Assembly: GCA_002269645.1 (NCBI GenBank)
Contig: NIVC01004634.1
Span: 1-40,153, forward strand
DNA length: 40,153 nucleotides
Reading direction: 5' to 3'
From: Macrostomum lignano
Taxonomy: Eukaryota
Shown: one piece after another, positions 11,170 to 23,700 of the stretch
Numbering within the stretch: the stretch's first letter is position 1
How the letters are laid out: the number at the start of each line of letters is the position of its first letter
Notes under the pieces: generated by a model
The model's input: only the letters and a program-made list of their open reading frames with translations
The model's database searches: none
What the model was told of the DNA's origin: nothing
Program-made: the position numbers and the translations under genes

Positions 11170-11840
11170 TATTGATTATTATTGATTACACCTGCCCCAA
11201 TTGAGCCAGATGTGCAACCGACAGCTCAGCCGCAGCTATTGCGCGGCGCATCTGAAGGCTGCGTACGGCTGTTCAGTCCAAGGACTGGGGGGGTCGCCAC
11301 ACACAGCCTCAATTACCCCAGCTAATGCTGGCACCCATTTTACAGCTGGGTGAACTGAAGCAATGCAGAGTTAAGTGTCTTGCTCAAGGACACAAATCGT
11401 TCCGATTGGGTCGAGAATCGAACCCCCGACCTTTCAGTCGGGAGTCCGTCGCTCCAACCCACTAGGCTCCAACCCACTAGGCTACAACCCACTAGGCTAC
11501 AACCCACTAGGCTACAACCCACTAGGCTCCAACCCACTAGGCTACAACCCACTAGGCTACAACCCACTAGGCTACAACCCACTAGGCTACAACCCACTAG
11601 GCTACAACCCACTAGGCTACAACCCACTAGGCTACAACCCACTAGGCTACAACCCACTAGGCTACAACCCACTAGGCTACAACCCACTAGGCTCCAACCC
11701 ACTAGGCTACAACCCACTAGGCTACAACCCACTAGGCTACAACCCACTAGGCTACAACCCACTAGGCTACAACCCACTAGGCTACAACCCACTAGGCTAC
11801 AACCCACTAGGCTACAACCCACTAGGCTACAATCCCTTCT
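11170..11840 (-). mobile_element. tRNA-headed CORE-like SINE, copy 2, with its 5' end tandemly amplified
   Basis: SINE body 11200-11450 with B-box GGTTCGATTCT on the minus strand, an (AAT)n-like tail at ~11170-11190, and the head start/A-box reiterated ~25 times. Confidence 0.85.
11453..11833 (-). repeat. 15-bp array GGGTTGTAGCCTAGT (SINE head/A-box), ~25 copies
   Basis: The unit equals the first bases of the intact SINE head at 28047-28063. Confidence 0.95.
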
Positions 11841-12764
11841 TGTCACCAAATTTTGATTTAATGCGAGCAAACGACTGTCACTGATTGAATAAGAATGGCG
11901 ATCTCTAGAGAACGACCAGAGGGTGAAGGGTCGAGTGGCCGAAATTCCCATAGATACCGGATAGTCCATAGAAACGAATGGATTTCCAACTTGATTTGTT
12001 TAGTTAATCAACTTGAAAATACATATCACTTTTCAATGTGAATTTTTGTATGCGCACCGACCCAGAACCGAACACGGAAAAAATCCCCATTAGCCTCCCT
12101 GTTAAATCGGTCTAGCAGAAGTTCTCTATCAAAAGCGGCGATCTCTGCTGCAGAACTCAGGCGGAGCAGTGTTCGAGAGATATCAAGTTGTCCCTTGTTC
12201 TCTTGGGACATCAGCTTGTGAATATTGTGCTTTGCTGGGTTGAATCAGTAGGTCAATCAGGAAAGGATTCTCATGCTGGTGTCGACAGAATACTTCAACG
12301 TCAATTTCACTTTAAGGCGAGCATCATCATACATATCTACATGACCCGTAGGTTACGTATGTATTGTACATCCGCAGGTCCGCTCTAGCAGGAGAAGCAG
12401 GATGAGGGAAAGCTAGTATCCACCATAAAGCCATGCAGGCAACAGAAAGAACAGGCATAGGAATCATCATCAGTCATGCCCTGCACCTTCTTGGCCCAGG
12501 AGAAACTTAGACCTGTGCAGTTAAAGCTGATTTTTTCGCTAATTGGTCGCAAAACTTTTTCGTGTTTGCCGTCTGCCAACGGAACAATTATGTGGAACTG
12601 TATTTAGTCTGCCAGCTTTGAAAACTTCTTTTTCATAACCTTTTCTTGGTGGACCCTTTTAAACTATTTTGAAACCTGCGTTCTGTTTGCTGGTTTGCAC
12701 CTTTAGCAGCTTTTGGTGAGGTGAGTCAAAGTTGCTAAGCTACTGATTTACTCCGATAGTCATT

Positions 12765-14205
12765 GACCAAGCTACCGATTGACTAACCTACCGATTGACA
12801 ATGCTACCGATTGACTAAGCTACCGATTGACTAAACTACCGATTGACTAAGCTACCGATTGACTAAGCTACCGATTGACTAAGCTACCGATTGACTAAGC
12901 TACCGATTGATTACCCTACCGATTGACTAAACTACCGATTGACTAAGCTACCGATTGACAATGCTACCGATTGACTAAACTACCGATTGACTAAGCTACC
13001 GATTGACTAAGCTACCGATTGACAATGCTACTGATTGACTAAACTACCGATTGACTAAGCTACCGATTGACTAAGCTACCGATTGACAATGCTACCGATT
13101 GACTTAAACTACTGATTGACTAAACTACTGATTGACTAAACTACCGATTGACTAAACTACCGATTGACAATGCTACCGATTGACTAAACTACCGATTGAC
13201 TAAACTACCGATTGACAATGCTACCGATTGACTAAACTACCGATTGACAATTCTACCGATTGACTAAACTACCGATTGACTAAACTACCGATTGACAATG
13301 CTACCGATTGACTAAGCTACCGATTGACTAAGCTACCGATTGACAATGCTACCGATTGACTAAACTACCGATTGACAATGCTACCGATTGACTAAGCTAC
13401 CGATTGACTAAGCTACCGATTGACAATGCTACCGATTGACTAAACTACCGATTGACTAAGCTACCGATTGACTAAGCTACCGATTGACAATGCTACCGAT
13501 TGACTAAACTACCGATTGACTAAGCTACCGATTGACTAAGCTACCGATTGACAATGCTACCGATTGACTTAAACTACTGATTGACTAAACTACCGATTGA
13601 CTTAGCTACCGATTGACTAAGCTACCGATTGACAATGCTACCGATTGACTAAACTACCGATTGACAATGCTACCGATTGACTAAACTACCGATTGACTAA
13701 ACTACCGATTGACTAAACTACCGATTGACAATGCTACCGATTGACAATGCTACCGATTGACTAAACTACCGATTGACAATGCTACCGATTGACTAAACTA
13801 CCGATTGACTAAACTACCGATTGACAATGCTACCGATTGACTAAACTACCGATTGACTAAACTACCGATTGACAATGCTACCGATTGACTAAACTACCGA
13901 TTGACAATGCTACCGATTGACTAAACTACCGATTGACTAAACTACCGATTGACAATGCTACCGATTGACTAAACTACCGATTGACTAAACTACCGATTGA
14001 CAATGCTACCGATTGACTAAACTACCGATTGACTAAACTACCGATTGACAATGCTACCGATTGACTAAACTACCGATTGACTAAACTACCGATTGACAAT
14101 GCTACCGATTGACTAAACTACCGATTGACTAAACTACCGATTGACAATGCTACCGATTGACAGTGCTACCGATTGAGTAAACTACTGACTAAGCCTATCA
14201 TTGAC
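12765..14205. repeat. 16-bp minisatellite (ctaccgattgactaa[a/g] / ctaccgattgacaatg), ~90 copies
   Basis: Read directly; begins ~45 nt after a donor-like GAG|GTGAGT at 12721. Confidence 0.95.
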
Positions 14206-15048
14206 TAAGTGGAGAGGGGGCCATAGCTGATATGGAAAATAAGTTGGTAAAGATTACTGAAGAAACAAAATACGCTCGTAACGCTCAATCACTCGACTAT
14301 CTATTTTTCATGAAGCAGAGAAACTTATTGCGAACAGTCATTAGAGGAAGTTTGTCTGCGGGCTTGCCCTGTACTGCCACCGCACAGTCGGATTCAAGCG
14401 AGTGAGCGAAGGGTATTGATGAATAAACACACTGAGAAGCTATTTATTTATCATTCGCAAAACGGCGGATCATAAAACAGATTACTAAAAATTCGAAATT
14501 CTTCTATTAAGTAAAATATATATGGCAATGAAGCATTTTTAGAAATCTGTGTTTTACTGAATCATGAAAACGGATTGTAGTGCAATGAATGTCGCAGAAA
14601 GCCAATAGCAGAGTTAGAAAATGTGTGAATTAATGTGCGAGAGTCGGCAGTACGATTAACCCTGCAAAAGCGCTGCTGCGAAACCTGCAATTAACATTAG
14701 CCAGAATTATTCAAGCCTCATTGACGCTTTTGGGTAGCTGAATTTTAGAAGACCACAAATCTGTTTAGTGCATGGACTAGCGATCTGGCCCCCCAGCTGG
14801 GGTCAAAGAAAGTAATACAAACATTCCGAAAAGAGCATACAATTGCCAGCAGACAGAGCCCTGTAGCTCTCACAGTCCACGAATAAGAAGTCTAACATAG
14901 CCTTAGATATCAGCCTCAAAGAAATCGATCAAATCCGGGAACCTTCGGTGCAAGAATCGGATTTGCGCGTTTATCGCTGACTCTTTGGAAGCTGTTCGAA
15001 CACGTACCGAGCGTCCTTGTGCTAAAGAGAGTCCCTGAGCATGCGTCA

Positions 15049-16106
15049 TCAAGTAGCGATGGGACTCGTCTCCAGATCCGCAATGTCCGCGCTCCTCACT
15101 GTGCTGGTCTCCCAGGTGACGCTGCCGCTGTAGTCGTCTGTCAACGCTGTCAGCTGGTCGACCTGCTCCTCCCTGACGAGTTGGTTGCATTCGGCCTCGT
15201 TGTTGGCCGAAGCCAGGAGCTCCGCGGCCGGTTGGGCGCCGAACTCCGACTCGAGCTCCGCCGCCGCTGCGCGCAACTCGGCGACAAACCGGCCGAGCCA
15301 GCGCTGACGCCGCCGCCGGCTCCACGGCCGCTGAAGGCTGGCTGACGCTGCCTGCGACGGCTTGGCGGCTGCCTCCAGGCAGGTGAGCTGACGGGCCGCC
15401 TCCGACTGCAGCGACTGCGGCCATTCCGGCGACTGCGGCCTTGGCAAGTCACTGAAGACGGTGGCATTCAGGGCGAAGATGCGCCGTGCGAGGTGGCGGG
15501 CGAGCCAGACTGAATCCCGGTCGCTGCAAACGAGAGAGATTGTGTTTAGCTTGGGGAATTTATGAGCTTGGAGTATTTTTTGTGCTTGGGGTATTTTTCG
15601 AGCTTGGGGTGGGGTATTTTTCGAACTTAAGGTATTTTTCGAGCTTAGGGTATTTTTCGAGCCTGGGGTATTTTTCGAGCATGGGGTATTTTTCGAGCTT
15701 AGGGTATTTTTCAAGCTTGGGTATTTTCGAATCGAAAAAAAGCCAGTTGCTAAGCCTACCATCCTGGGCAGGTCTGCAGGCCGCGCACTGCAGCGGTCAT
15801 CAAGCGCAGTCGGAACTCAGCCAGGCGCACCAAGTCGCAGTCCTGCTGCTCTGCCGCAGCTGTCAGCGGCTTCCAACACCACGAGTTGCTGTCGCCGCCA
15901 CCTTCGGCATCGGTGGTCCCAGCAGCCGACTCGAACCGGCTCAGCAGCAGGCGGACTTTCTGCAAGTGCCGATAGGCGAGGTCGATGCCGCTGGCCAGGT
16001 GACGCCGCTCCTGGCAGCCGCGGCGGCCGAGCTTCTCGCCCAGCATCGGCAGCTCGCAGGCGGCCGCCGAGGTGAACATCAAAGCGAGCAGCCAATTGAG
16101 TCGCAT
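15049..16106 (-). CDS. Orphan predicted secreted protein, copy 2
   Basis: Exons 16106-15760 and 15523-15049. The ORF-track translations are identical to copy 1. Confidence 0.7.
15566..15726. repeat. 18-bp minisatellite, duplicate copy
   Basis: Same as 9880-10040 at +5686. Confidence 0.9.
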
Positions 16107-16855
16107 TTTCTCTATGTGTGTCGAAATTTTATCTGGTAACATTGCAAATCGCTGTCGACCTGGCAGCTTTATATCAGCATCATCCAGATGGTGCAACTCA
16201 ATTCCCTGGAAATTCCTAGTTTTCACAGATTTCGGCGCCGCCGCCGCAGCGCCCACCAATTTGCCTGGCTGGCGGGGGCCAGGGGTGACCCAATGCGGCT
16301 GTTGCTAAAAATAGCAACAGGTTCGTGATGTTTCTAGGAAATAGCGGGACACGAATCTGCGCGGATAGAGAGATAATTCTTTGGAATTTCCAGCATGGGG
16401 CTGTTCAATACAAATTGTATTGGACCAGCTAATATGCCCGCTTCGAGTGGCCTGTATAAAGTATAACCCACTTTGCAGCTAGTCAAATTTATCATATTTA
16501 ATCTGTTGTCTCGAAAATCTTGAATTAAAAATTAATCAGTGTAAATTTAGCCTCCAGTTGGCAGGCAAGATGCTGCAACCAACCAGCCATATAGCTAACA
16601 TTGAAAATTGAACTCCGACTGCCGAGACTTGTGCGCCGAAACACTAGAATCAGGCTACGGAATTAAGATGATAGCATCCTAAATTGCTTTCGATCACCTA
16701 AATCCAATTTAAATTCGCGCTAAAAAAGGCATACTGTCAAACAATTACGAAATCCTTTATTAATTACCTCGAAGCACTCTTTAAACAGAACTTAATATAT
16801 TGCTGGCAGTAGATGTTAGGGTCCCGTTTAACTTATAGCCTTGCCAACACAATAA

Positions 16856-17526
16856 TATTGATTATTATTGATTACACCTGCCCCAATTGAGCCAGATGTG
16901 CAACCGACAGCTCAGCCGCAGCTATTGCGCGGCGCATCTGAAGGCTGCGTACGGCTGTTCAGTCCAAGGACTGGGGGGGTCGCCACACACAGCCTCAATT
17001 ACCCCAGCTAATGCTGGCACCCATTTTACAGCTGGGTGAACTGAAGCAATGCAGAGTTAAGTGTCTTGCTCAAGGACACAAATCGTTCCGATTGGGTCGA
17101 GAATCGAACCCCCGACCTTTCAGTCGGGAGTCCGTCGCTCCAACCCACTAGGCTCCAACCCACTAGGCTACAACCCACTAGGCTACAACCCACTAGGCTA
17201 CAACCCACTAGGCTCCAACCCACTAGGCTACAACCCACTAGGCTACAACCCACTAGGCTACAACCCACTAGGCTACAACCCACTAGGCTACAACCCACTA
17301 GGCTACAACCCACTAGGCTACAACCCACTAGGCTACAACCCACTAGGCTACAACCCACTAGGCTACAACCCACTAGGCTCCAACCCACTAGGCTCCAACC
17401 CACTAGGCTACAACCCACTAGGCTACAACCCACTAGGCTACAACCCACTAGGCTACAACCCACTAGGCTACAACCCACTAGGCTACAACCCACTAGGCTA
17501 CAACCCACTAGGCTACAATCCCTTCT
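16856..17526 (-). mobile_element. tRNA-headed CORE-like SINE, copy 3 (duplicate of copy 2)
   Basis: Same as 11170-11840 at +5686. Confidence 0.85.
17139..17519 (-). repeat. 15-bp A-box array, duplicate copy
   Basis: Same length as 11453-11833; one unit variant differs. Confidence 0.95.
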
Positions 17527-18450
17527 TGTCACCAAATTTTGATTTAATGCGAGCAAACGACTGTCACTGATTGAATAAGAATGGCGATCTCTAGAGAACG
17601 ACCAGAGGGTGAAGGGTCGAGTGGCCGAAATTCCCATAGATACCGGATAGTCCATAGAAACGAATGGATTTCCAACTTGATTTGTTTAGTTAATCAACTT
17701 GAAAATACATATCACTTTTCAATGTGAATTTTTGTATGCGCACCGACCCAGAACCGAACACGGAAAAAATCCCCATTAGCCTCCCTGTTAAATCGGTCTA
17801 GCAGAAGTTCTCTATCAAAAGCGGCGATCTCTGCTGCAGAACTCAGGCGGAGCAGTGTTCGAGAGATATCAAGTTGTCCCTTGTTCTCTTGGGACATCAG
17901 CTTGTGAATATTGTGCTTTGCTGGGTTGAATCAGTAGGTCAATCAGGAAAGGATTCTCATGCTGGTGTCGACAGAATACTTCAACGTCAATTTCACTTTA
18001 AGGCGAGCATCATCATACATATCTACATGACCCGTAGGTTACGTATGTATTGTACATCCGCAGGTCCGCTCTAGCAGGAGAAGCAGGATGAGGGAAAGCT
18101 AGTATCCACCATAAAGCCATGCAGGCAACAGAAAGAACAGGCATAGGAATCATCATCAGTCATGCCCTGCACCTTCTTGGCCCAGGAGAAACTTAGACCT
18201 GTGCAGTTAAAGCTGATTTTTTCGCTGATTGGTCGCAAAACTTTTTCGTGTTTGCCGTCTGCCAACGGAACAATTATGTGGAACTGTATTTAGTCTGCCA
18301 GCTTTGAAAACTTCTTTTTCATAACCTTTTCTTGGTGGACCCTTTTAAACTATTTTGAAACCTGCGTTCTGTTTGCTGGTTTGCACCTTTAGCAGCTTTT
18401 GGTGAGGTGAGTCAAAGTTGCTAAGCTACTGATTTACTCCGATAGTCATT

Positions 18451-20135
18451 GACCAAGCTACCGATTGACTAACCTACCGATTGACAATGCTACCGATTGA
18501 CTAAGCTACCGATTGACTAAGCTACCGATTGACTAAGCTACCGATTGACTAAGCTACCGATTGACTAAGCTACCGATTGACTAAGCTACCGATTGACTAA
18601 GCTACCGATTGATTACCCTACCGATTGACTAAACTACCGATTGACTAAGCTACCGATTGACAATGCTACCGATTGACTAAACTACCGATTGACTAAGCTA
18701 CCGATTGACTAAGCTACCGATTGACAATGCTACTGATTGACTAAACTACCGATTGACTAAGCTACCGATTGACTAAGCTACCGATTGACAATGCTACCGA
18801 TTGACTTAAACTACTGATTGACTAAACTACCGATTGACTTAGCTACCGATTGACTAAGCTACCGATTGACAATGCTACCGATTGACTAAACTACCGATTG
18901 ACAATGCTACCGATTGACTAAACTACCGATTGACTAAACTACCGATTGACTAAACTACCGATTGACAATGCTACTGATTGACAATGCTACCGATTGACTA
19001 AGCTACCGATTGACTAAGCTACCGATTGACTAAGCTACCGATTGACAATGCTACCGATTGACTAAACTACCGATTGACAATGCTACCGATTGACTAAGCT
19101 ACCGATTGACTAAGCTACCGATTGACTAAGCTACCGATTGACAATGCTACCGATTGACTAAACTACCGATTGACTAAGCTACCGATTGACTAAGCTACCG
19201 ATTGACAATGCTACCGATTGACTAAACTACCGATTGACTAAGCTACCGATTGACTAAGCTACCGATTGACAATGCTACCGATTGACTTAAACTACTGATT
19301 GACTAAACTACCGATTGACTTAGCTACCGATTGACTAAGCTACCGATTGACAATGCTACCGATTGACTAAACTACCGATTGACAATGCTACCGATTGACT
19401 AAACTACCGATTGACTAAACTACCGATTGACTAAACTACCGATTGACAATGCTACTGATTGACAATGCTACCGATTGACTAAGCTACCGATTGACTAAGC
19501 TACCGATTGACTAAGCTACCGATTGACAATGCTACCGATTGACTAAACTACCGATTGACAATGCTACCGATTGACTAAACTACCGATTGACTAAACTACC
19601 GATTGACAATGCTACCGATTGACAATGCTACCGATTGACTAAACTACCGATTGACAATGCTACCGATTGACTAAACTACCGATTGACTAAACTACCGATT
19701 GACAATGCTACCGATTGACTAAACTACCGATTGACTAAACTACCGATTGACAATGCTACCGATTGACTAAACTACCGATTGACAATTCTACCGATTGACT
19801 AAACTACCGATTGACTAAACTACCGATTGACAATGCTACCGATTGACTAAACTACCGATTGACTAAACTACCGATTGACAATGCTACCGATTGACTAAAC
19901 TACCGATTGACTAAACTACCGATTGACAATGCTACCGATTGACTAAACTACCGATTGACTAAACTACCGATTGACAATGCTACCGATTGACTAAACTACC
20001 GATTGACTAAACTACCGATTGACAATGCTACCGATTGACTAAACTACCGATTGACTAAACTACCGATTGACAATGCTACCGATTGACAGTGCTACCGATT
20101 GAGTAAACTACTGACTAAGCCTATCATTGACTAAG
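18451..20135. repeat. 16-bp minisatellite, ~105 copies (duplicate)
   Basis: The offset rises from 5686 before the array to 5926 after it, i.e. 15 extra units net. Confidence 0.95.
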
Positions 20136-20704
20136 TGGAGAGGGGGCCATAGCTGATATGGAAAATAAGTTGGTAAAGATTACTGAAGAAACAAAATACG
20201 CTCGTAACGCTCAATCACTCGACTATCTATTTTTCATGAAGCAGAGAAACTTATTGCGAACAGTCATTAGAGGAAGTTTGTCTGCGGGCTTGCCCTGTAC
20301 TGCCACCGCACAGTCGGATTTTCAGAGTTTCTAGGAAACCGGCTAGCTTCGCATAGTCGCCGCATCGACGTACTTCCTTCACCTTTGCAAACCAATAAAA
20401 CGCGCCCAGAGATGAACTTTTGCGCGTACACATGGCCAGATTAACATGGCCAAGCAAGAAAAGAAGTTTGTAGAAATAGAATTTACGCATCTTTTGCAAA
20501 TGACCGCAGTTTCTAAAATTATATCAAATTTTTCACGGACTTTTTGACCCCTCGCTTATTTCTGCTAATTTTCTGTTTCGAACGTAAACAGCAGTTGATA
20601 AGATTAATTGTCCAGATTGTTGTTAGTAAGATGTCTACCTGTTAAAATGGCTCTCAGTCCCTATTTCTATCGAATATTTTGCAGAGGAGCCCCTTGCCAA
20701 TGTC

Positions 20705-23700
20705 ATGTCCTTAGCCATCATCACATGGAGGCTGTACCTGGCTGGAGCCATTGCTAGCTTTGTTGGCGTCTGTTCGCTAATTGGTGCAGCAGCCACGGAC
20801 ACATTCTGTAGCCTGCGGATCAGCTGGACCCAACGGGACTCCAATGTCCGGTCGGCCAGCTGGCATATTGGCCTTCTCCGGTCTCGGGTCAGGTTGACAC
20901 TTTCCGATGGCGCGGAGCTCTGGATGCCAGGCAGTGACATTGTGCTTAGTGAGTGCAGTGGTAATGTGTTGCATTGTGCCTGATCCTTGTGTCTTGTGTG
21001 TGTTGCATTGTGCCTGATCCTTGTGTCTTGTGTGTGTTGCATTGTGCCTGATCCTTGTGTCTTGTGTGTGTTGCATTGTGCCTGATCCTTGTGTCTTCTG
21101 TGTGTTGCATTGTGCCTGATCCTTGTGACTTGTGTGTGTTGCATTGTGCCTGATCCTTGTGTCTTGTGTGTGTTGCATTGTGCCTGATCCTTGTGACTTG
21201 TGTGTGTTGCATTGTGCCTGATCCTTGTGTCTTGTATGTGTTGCATTGTGCCTGATCCTTGTGACTTGTGTGTGTTGCATTGTGCCTGATCCTTGTGTCT
21301 TGTGTGTGTTGCATTGTGCCTGATCCTTGTGTCTTGTGTGTGTTGCATTGTGCCTGATCCTTGTGACTTGTATGTGTTGCATTGTGCCTGATCCTTGTGT
21401 CTTGTGTGTGTTGCATTGTGCCTGATCCTTGTGTCTTGTGTGTGTTGCATTGTGCCTGATCCTTGTGTCTTGTACGTGTTGCACTGTGCCTGATCCTTGT
21501 GTTTTACGTGTATTGCATTGTGCCTGATCCTTGTGTCTTGTGTGTGTTGCATTGTGCCTGATCCTTGTGTCTTGTGTGTGTTGCATTGTGCCTGATCCTT
21601 GTGTCTTGTGTGTGTTGCATTGTGCCTGATCCTTGTGTCTTGTGTGTGTTGCATTGTGCCTGATCCTTGTGTCTTGTGTGTGTTGCATTGTGCCTGATCC
21701 TTGTGTCTTGTTTGTGTTGCATTGTGCCTGATCCTTGTGTCTTGTGTGTGTTGCATTGTGCCTGATCCTTGTGTCTTCTGTGTGTTGCATTGTGCCTGAT
21801 CCTTGTGTCTTGTTTGTGTTGCATTGTGCCTGATCCTTGTGTCTTGTGTGTGTTGCATTGTGCCTGATCCTTGTGTCTTGTACGTGTTGCACTGTGCCTG
21901 ATCCTTGTGTTTTACGTGTATTGCATTGTGCCTGATCCTTGTGTCTTGTGTGTGTTGCATTGTGCCTGATCCTTGTGTCTTGTGTGTGTTGCATTGTGCC
22001 TGATCCTTGTGTCTTGTGTGTGTTGCATTGTGCCTGATCCTTGTGTCTTGTGTGTGTTGCATTGTGCCTGATCCTTGTGTCTTGTGTGTGTTGCATTGTG
22101 CCTGATCCTTGTGTCTTGTGTGTGTTGCATTGTGCCTGATCCTTGTGACTTGTATGTGTTGCATTGTGCCTGATCCTTGTGTCTTGTTTGTGTTGCATTG
22201 TGCCTGATCCTTGTGTCTTGTGTGTGTTGCATTGTGCCTGATCCTTGTGTCTTGTGTGTGTTGCATTGTGCCTGATCCTTGTGTCTTGTGTGTGTTGCAT
22301 TGTGCCTGATCCTTGTGTCTTGTGTGTGTTGCATTGTGCCTGATCCTTGTGTCTTGTGTGTGTTGCATTGTGCCTGATCCTTGTGTCTTGTGTGTGTTGC
22401 ATTGTGCCTGATCCTTGTGTCTTCTGTGTGTTGCATTGTGCCTGATCCTTGTGTCTTCTGTGTGTTGCATTGTGCCTGATCCTTGTGTCTTGTGTGTGTT
22501 GCATTGTGCCTGATCCTTGTGTCTTCTGTGTGTTGCATTGTGCCTGATCCTTGTGTCTTCTGTGTGTTGCATTGTGCCTGATCCTTGTGTCTTCTGTGTG
22601 TTGCATTGTGCCTGATCCTTGTGTCTTGTTTGTGTTGCATTGTGCCTGATCCTTGTGTCTTGTGTGTGTTGCATTGTGCCTGATCCTTGTGTCTTCTGTG
22701 TGTTGCATTGTGCCTGATCCTTGTGTCTTCTGTGTGTTGCATTGTGCCTGATCCTTGTGTCTTCTGTGTGTTGCATTGTGCCTGATCCTTGTGTCTTGTT
22801 TGTGTTGCATTGTGCCTGATCCTTGTGTCTTGTGTGTGTTGCATTGTGCTGATCCTTGTGTCTTCTGTGTGTTGCATTGTGCCTGATCCTTGTGTCTTCT
22901 GTGTGTTGCATTGTGCCTGATCCTTGTGTCTTCTGTGTGTTGCATTGTGCCTGATCCTTGTGTCTTGTGTGTGTTGCATTGTGCCTGATCCTTGTGTCTT
23001 CTGTGTGTTGCATTGTGCCTGATCCTTGTGTCTTCTGTGTGTTGCATTGTGCCTGATCCTTGTGTCTTCTGTGTGTTGCATTGTGCCTGATCCTTGTGTC
23101 TTCTGTGTGTTGCATTGTGCCTGATCCTTGTGTCTTCTGTGTGTTGCATTGTGCCTGATCCTTGTGTCTTCTGTGTGTTGCATTGTGCCTGATCCTTGTG
23201 TCTTCTGTGTGTTGCATTGTGCCTGATCCTTGTGTCTTCTGTGTGTTGCATTGTGCCTGATCCTTGTGTCTTCTGTGTGTTGCATTGTGCCTGATCCTTG
23301 TGTCTTGTGTGTGTTGCATTGTGCCTGATCCTTGTGACTTGTGTGTGTTGCATTGTGCCTGATCCTTGTGTCTTGTGTGTGTTGCATTGTGCCTGATCCT
23401 TGTGACTTGTGTGTGTTGCATTGTGCCTGATCCTTGTGTCTTGTATGTGTTGCATTGTGCCTGATCCTTGTGACTTGTGTGTGTTGCATTGTGCCTGATC
23501 CTTGTGTCTTGTGTGTGTTGCATTGTGCCTGATCCTTGTGTCTTGTGTGTGTTGCATTGTGCCTGATCCTTGTGACTTGTATGTGTTGCATTGTGCCTGA
23601 TCCTTGTGTCTTGTGTGTGTTGCATTGTGCCTGATCCTTGTGTCTTGTGTGTGTTGCATTGTGCCTGATCCTTGTGTCTTGTACGTGTTGCACTGTGCCT

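Larger units (their letters stand above)
8704..14394. repeat. Tandem segmental duplication, copy 1 (~5.7 kb)
   Basis: Sequence and ORFs recur at an offset of 5686-5687; starts at gattcaagcgagtgag. Confidence 0.95.
14391..20320. repeat. Tandem segmental duplication, copy 2 (~5.9 kb)
   Basis: Near-identical to 8704-14394. The internal 16-bp array is 240 bp longer. The junction shares GATT. Confidence 0.95.

Noticed and set aside
12026-12600. Possible minus-strand exons (FHIIVPLADGK..., MSQENKGQLDISRTLLRL...), also at +5686
   Set aside because: Phases could be joined, but the donor (gtctaa) is weak, there is no start or recognisable domain, and GC is lower than in real exons. Left unresolved.
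12695-12726. Coding micro-exon (11-14 nt) between tttag/cag and gtgagt
   Set aside because: Such short matches arise by chance, and there is no partner coding exon upstream.
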